Below are positions 6,007 through 6,102 of a stretch of 6,102 nucleotides of DNA, in pieces (positions within the stretch are counted from its first letter, which is position 1; every line of letters begins with the position of its first letter). Source of the stretch: a virus; IMG/VR virus record IMGVR_UViG_3300020030_000010, positions 1 to 6,102 of that record, one strand, 5' to 3'. The position numbers and the translations under genes were made by a program. Under the pieces are notes generated by a model. The model was given only the letters and a program-made list of their open reading frames with translations. It did not search any database and was not told the origin of the DNA.

Positions 6007-6021
6007 TCATAATCAAAGAAC

Positions 6022-6102
6022 CTTTCCACCAAGAGGACGGGTTACTATTCTAGTTCCCTTTCCCTTTTTTTTTCGACGAGCCTTCATCGCAATCAATATT
6101 AA
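6022..6102. repeat. Terminal direct repeat copy 2 (= 1..81); contains a duplicated 3' fragment of the 107-aa ORF (6050..6102 = 29..81)
   Basis: Exact identity with 1..81 by direct reading. This is not an independent feature of the replicon. Confidence 0.9.

Noticed and set aside
6022-6102. 81-nt direct repeat at both window ends, which could be read as LTR-like or mobile-element termini
   Set aside because: The repeat is exact, truncated by the window edge, and duplicates the 3' end of an ORF. The content is a microvirus, a family with circular ssDNA genomes. This is the standard signature of a circular contig overlap.
1-6102. Scan for tRNA, rRNA, CRISPR repeats, IS elements or integrase
   Set aside because: I saw no regularly spaced direct repeats, no cloverleaf-like GC-rich 70-90-nt segment outside coding regions, and no transposase- or integrase-like ORFs. 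The genome is fully accounted for by the microvirus gene set and two short non-coding regions.

Overview
The window is one complete circular Microviridae (ssDNA phage) genome given as the reverse complement of the coding/virion strand. Bases 1..81 are repeated exactly at 6022..6102, so the unit length is 6021 nt and the repeat is a circular-assembly overlap. All eight credible ORFs lie on the - strand and are tightly packed. Their order on the - strand is: 125-aa ORF (start uncertain), TAATG overlap, replication initiator VP4 (HUH/Y-x-x-K-Y), 3 nt, major capsid protein VP1, 11 nt, acidic 98-aa ORF, 194-nt structured intergenic region, 61-aa lipobox protein, 1 nt, pilot/minor capsid VP2, 86-nt gap with a Bacteroidota-type promoter motif, basic 105-aa ORF, 11 nt, 107-aa ORF, then a canonical intrinsic terminator. 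I see no tRNA, rRNA, CRISPR array, integrase or recognisable lysis enzyme. The parts most worth follow-up are listed below.
- The 61-aa predicted lipoprotein just upstream of VP2, a candidate lysis or exclusion factor.
- A TM-containing ORF overprinted in the acidic gene, which resembles the phiX174 E-in-D arrangement.
- Two hairpin-rich non-coding regions.
- Three ORFs with no function I can recognise.
No start codon has a Shine-Dalgarno sequence and there is an exact TAnnTTTG motif, which together hint at a Bacteroidota host. All protein-family calls rest on motifs I recognise by eye, not on database searches.
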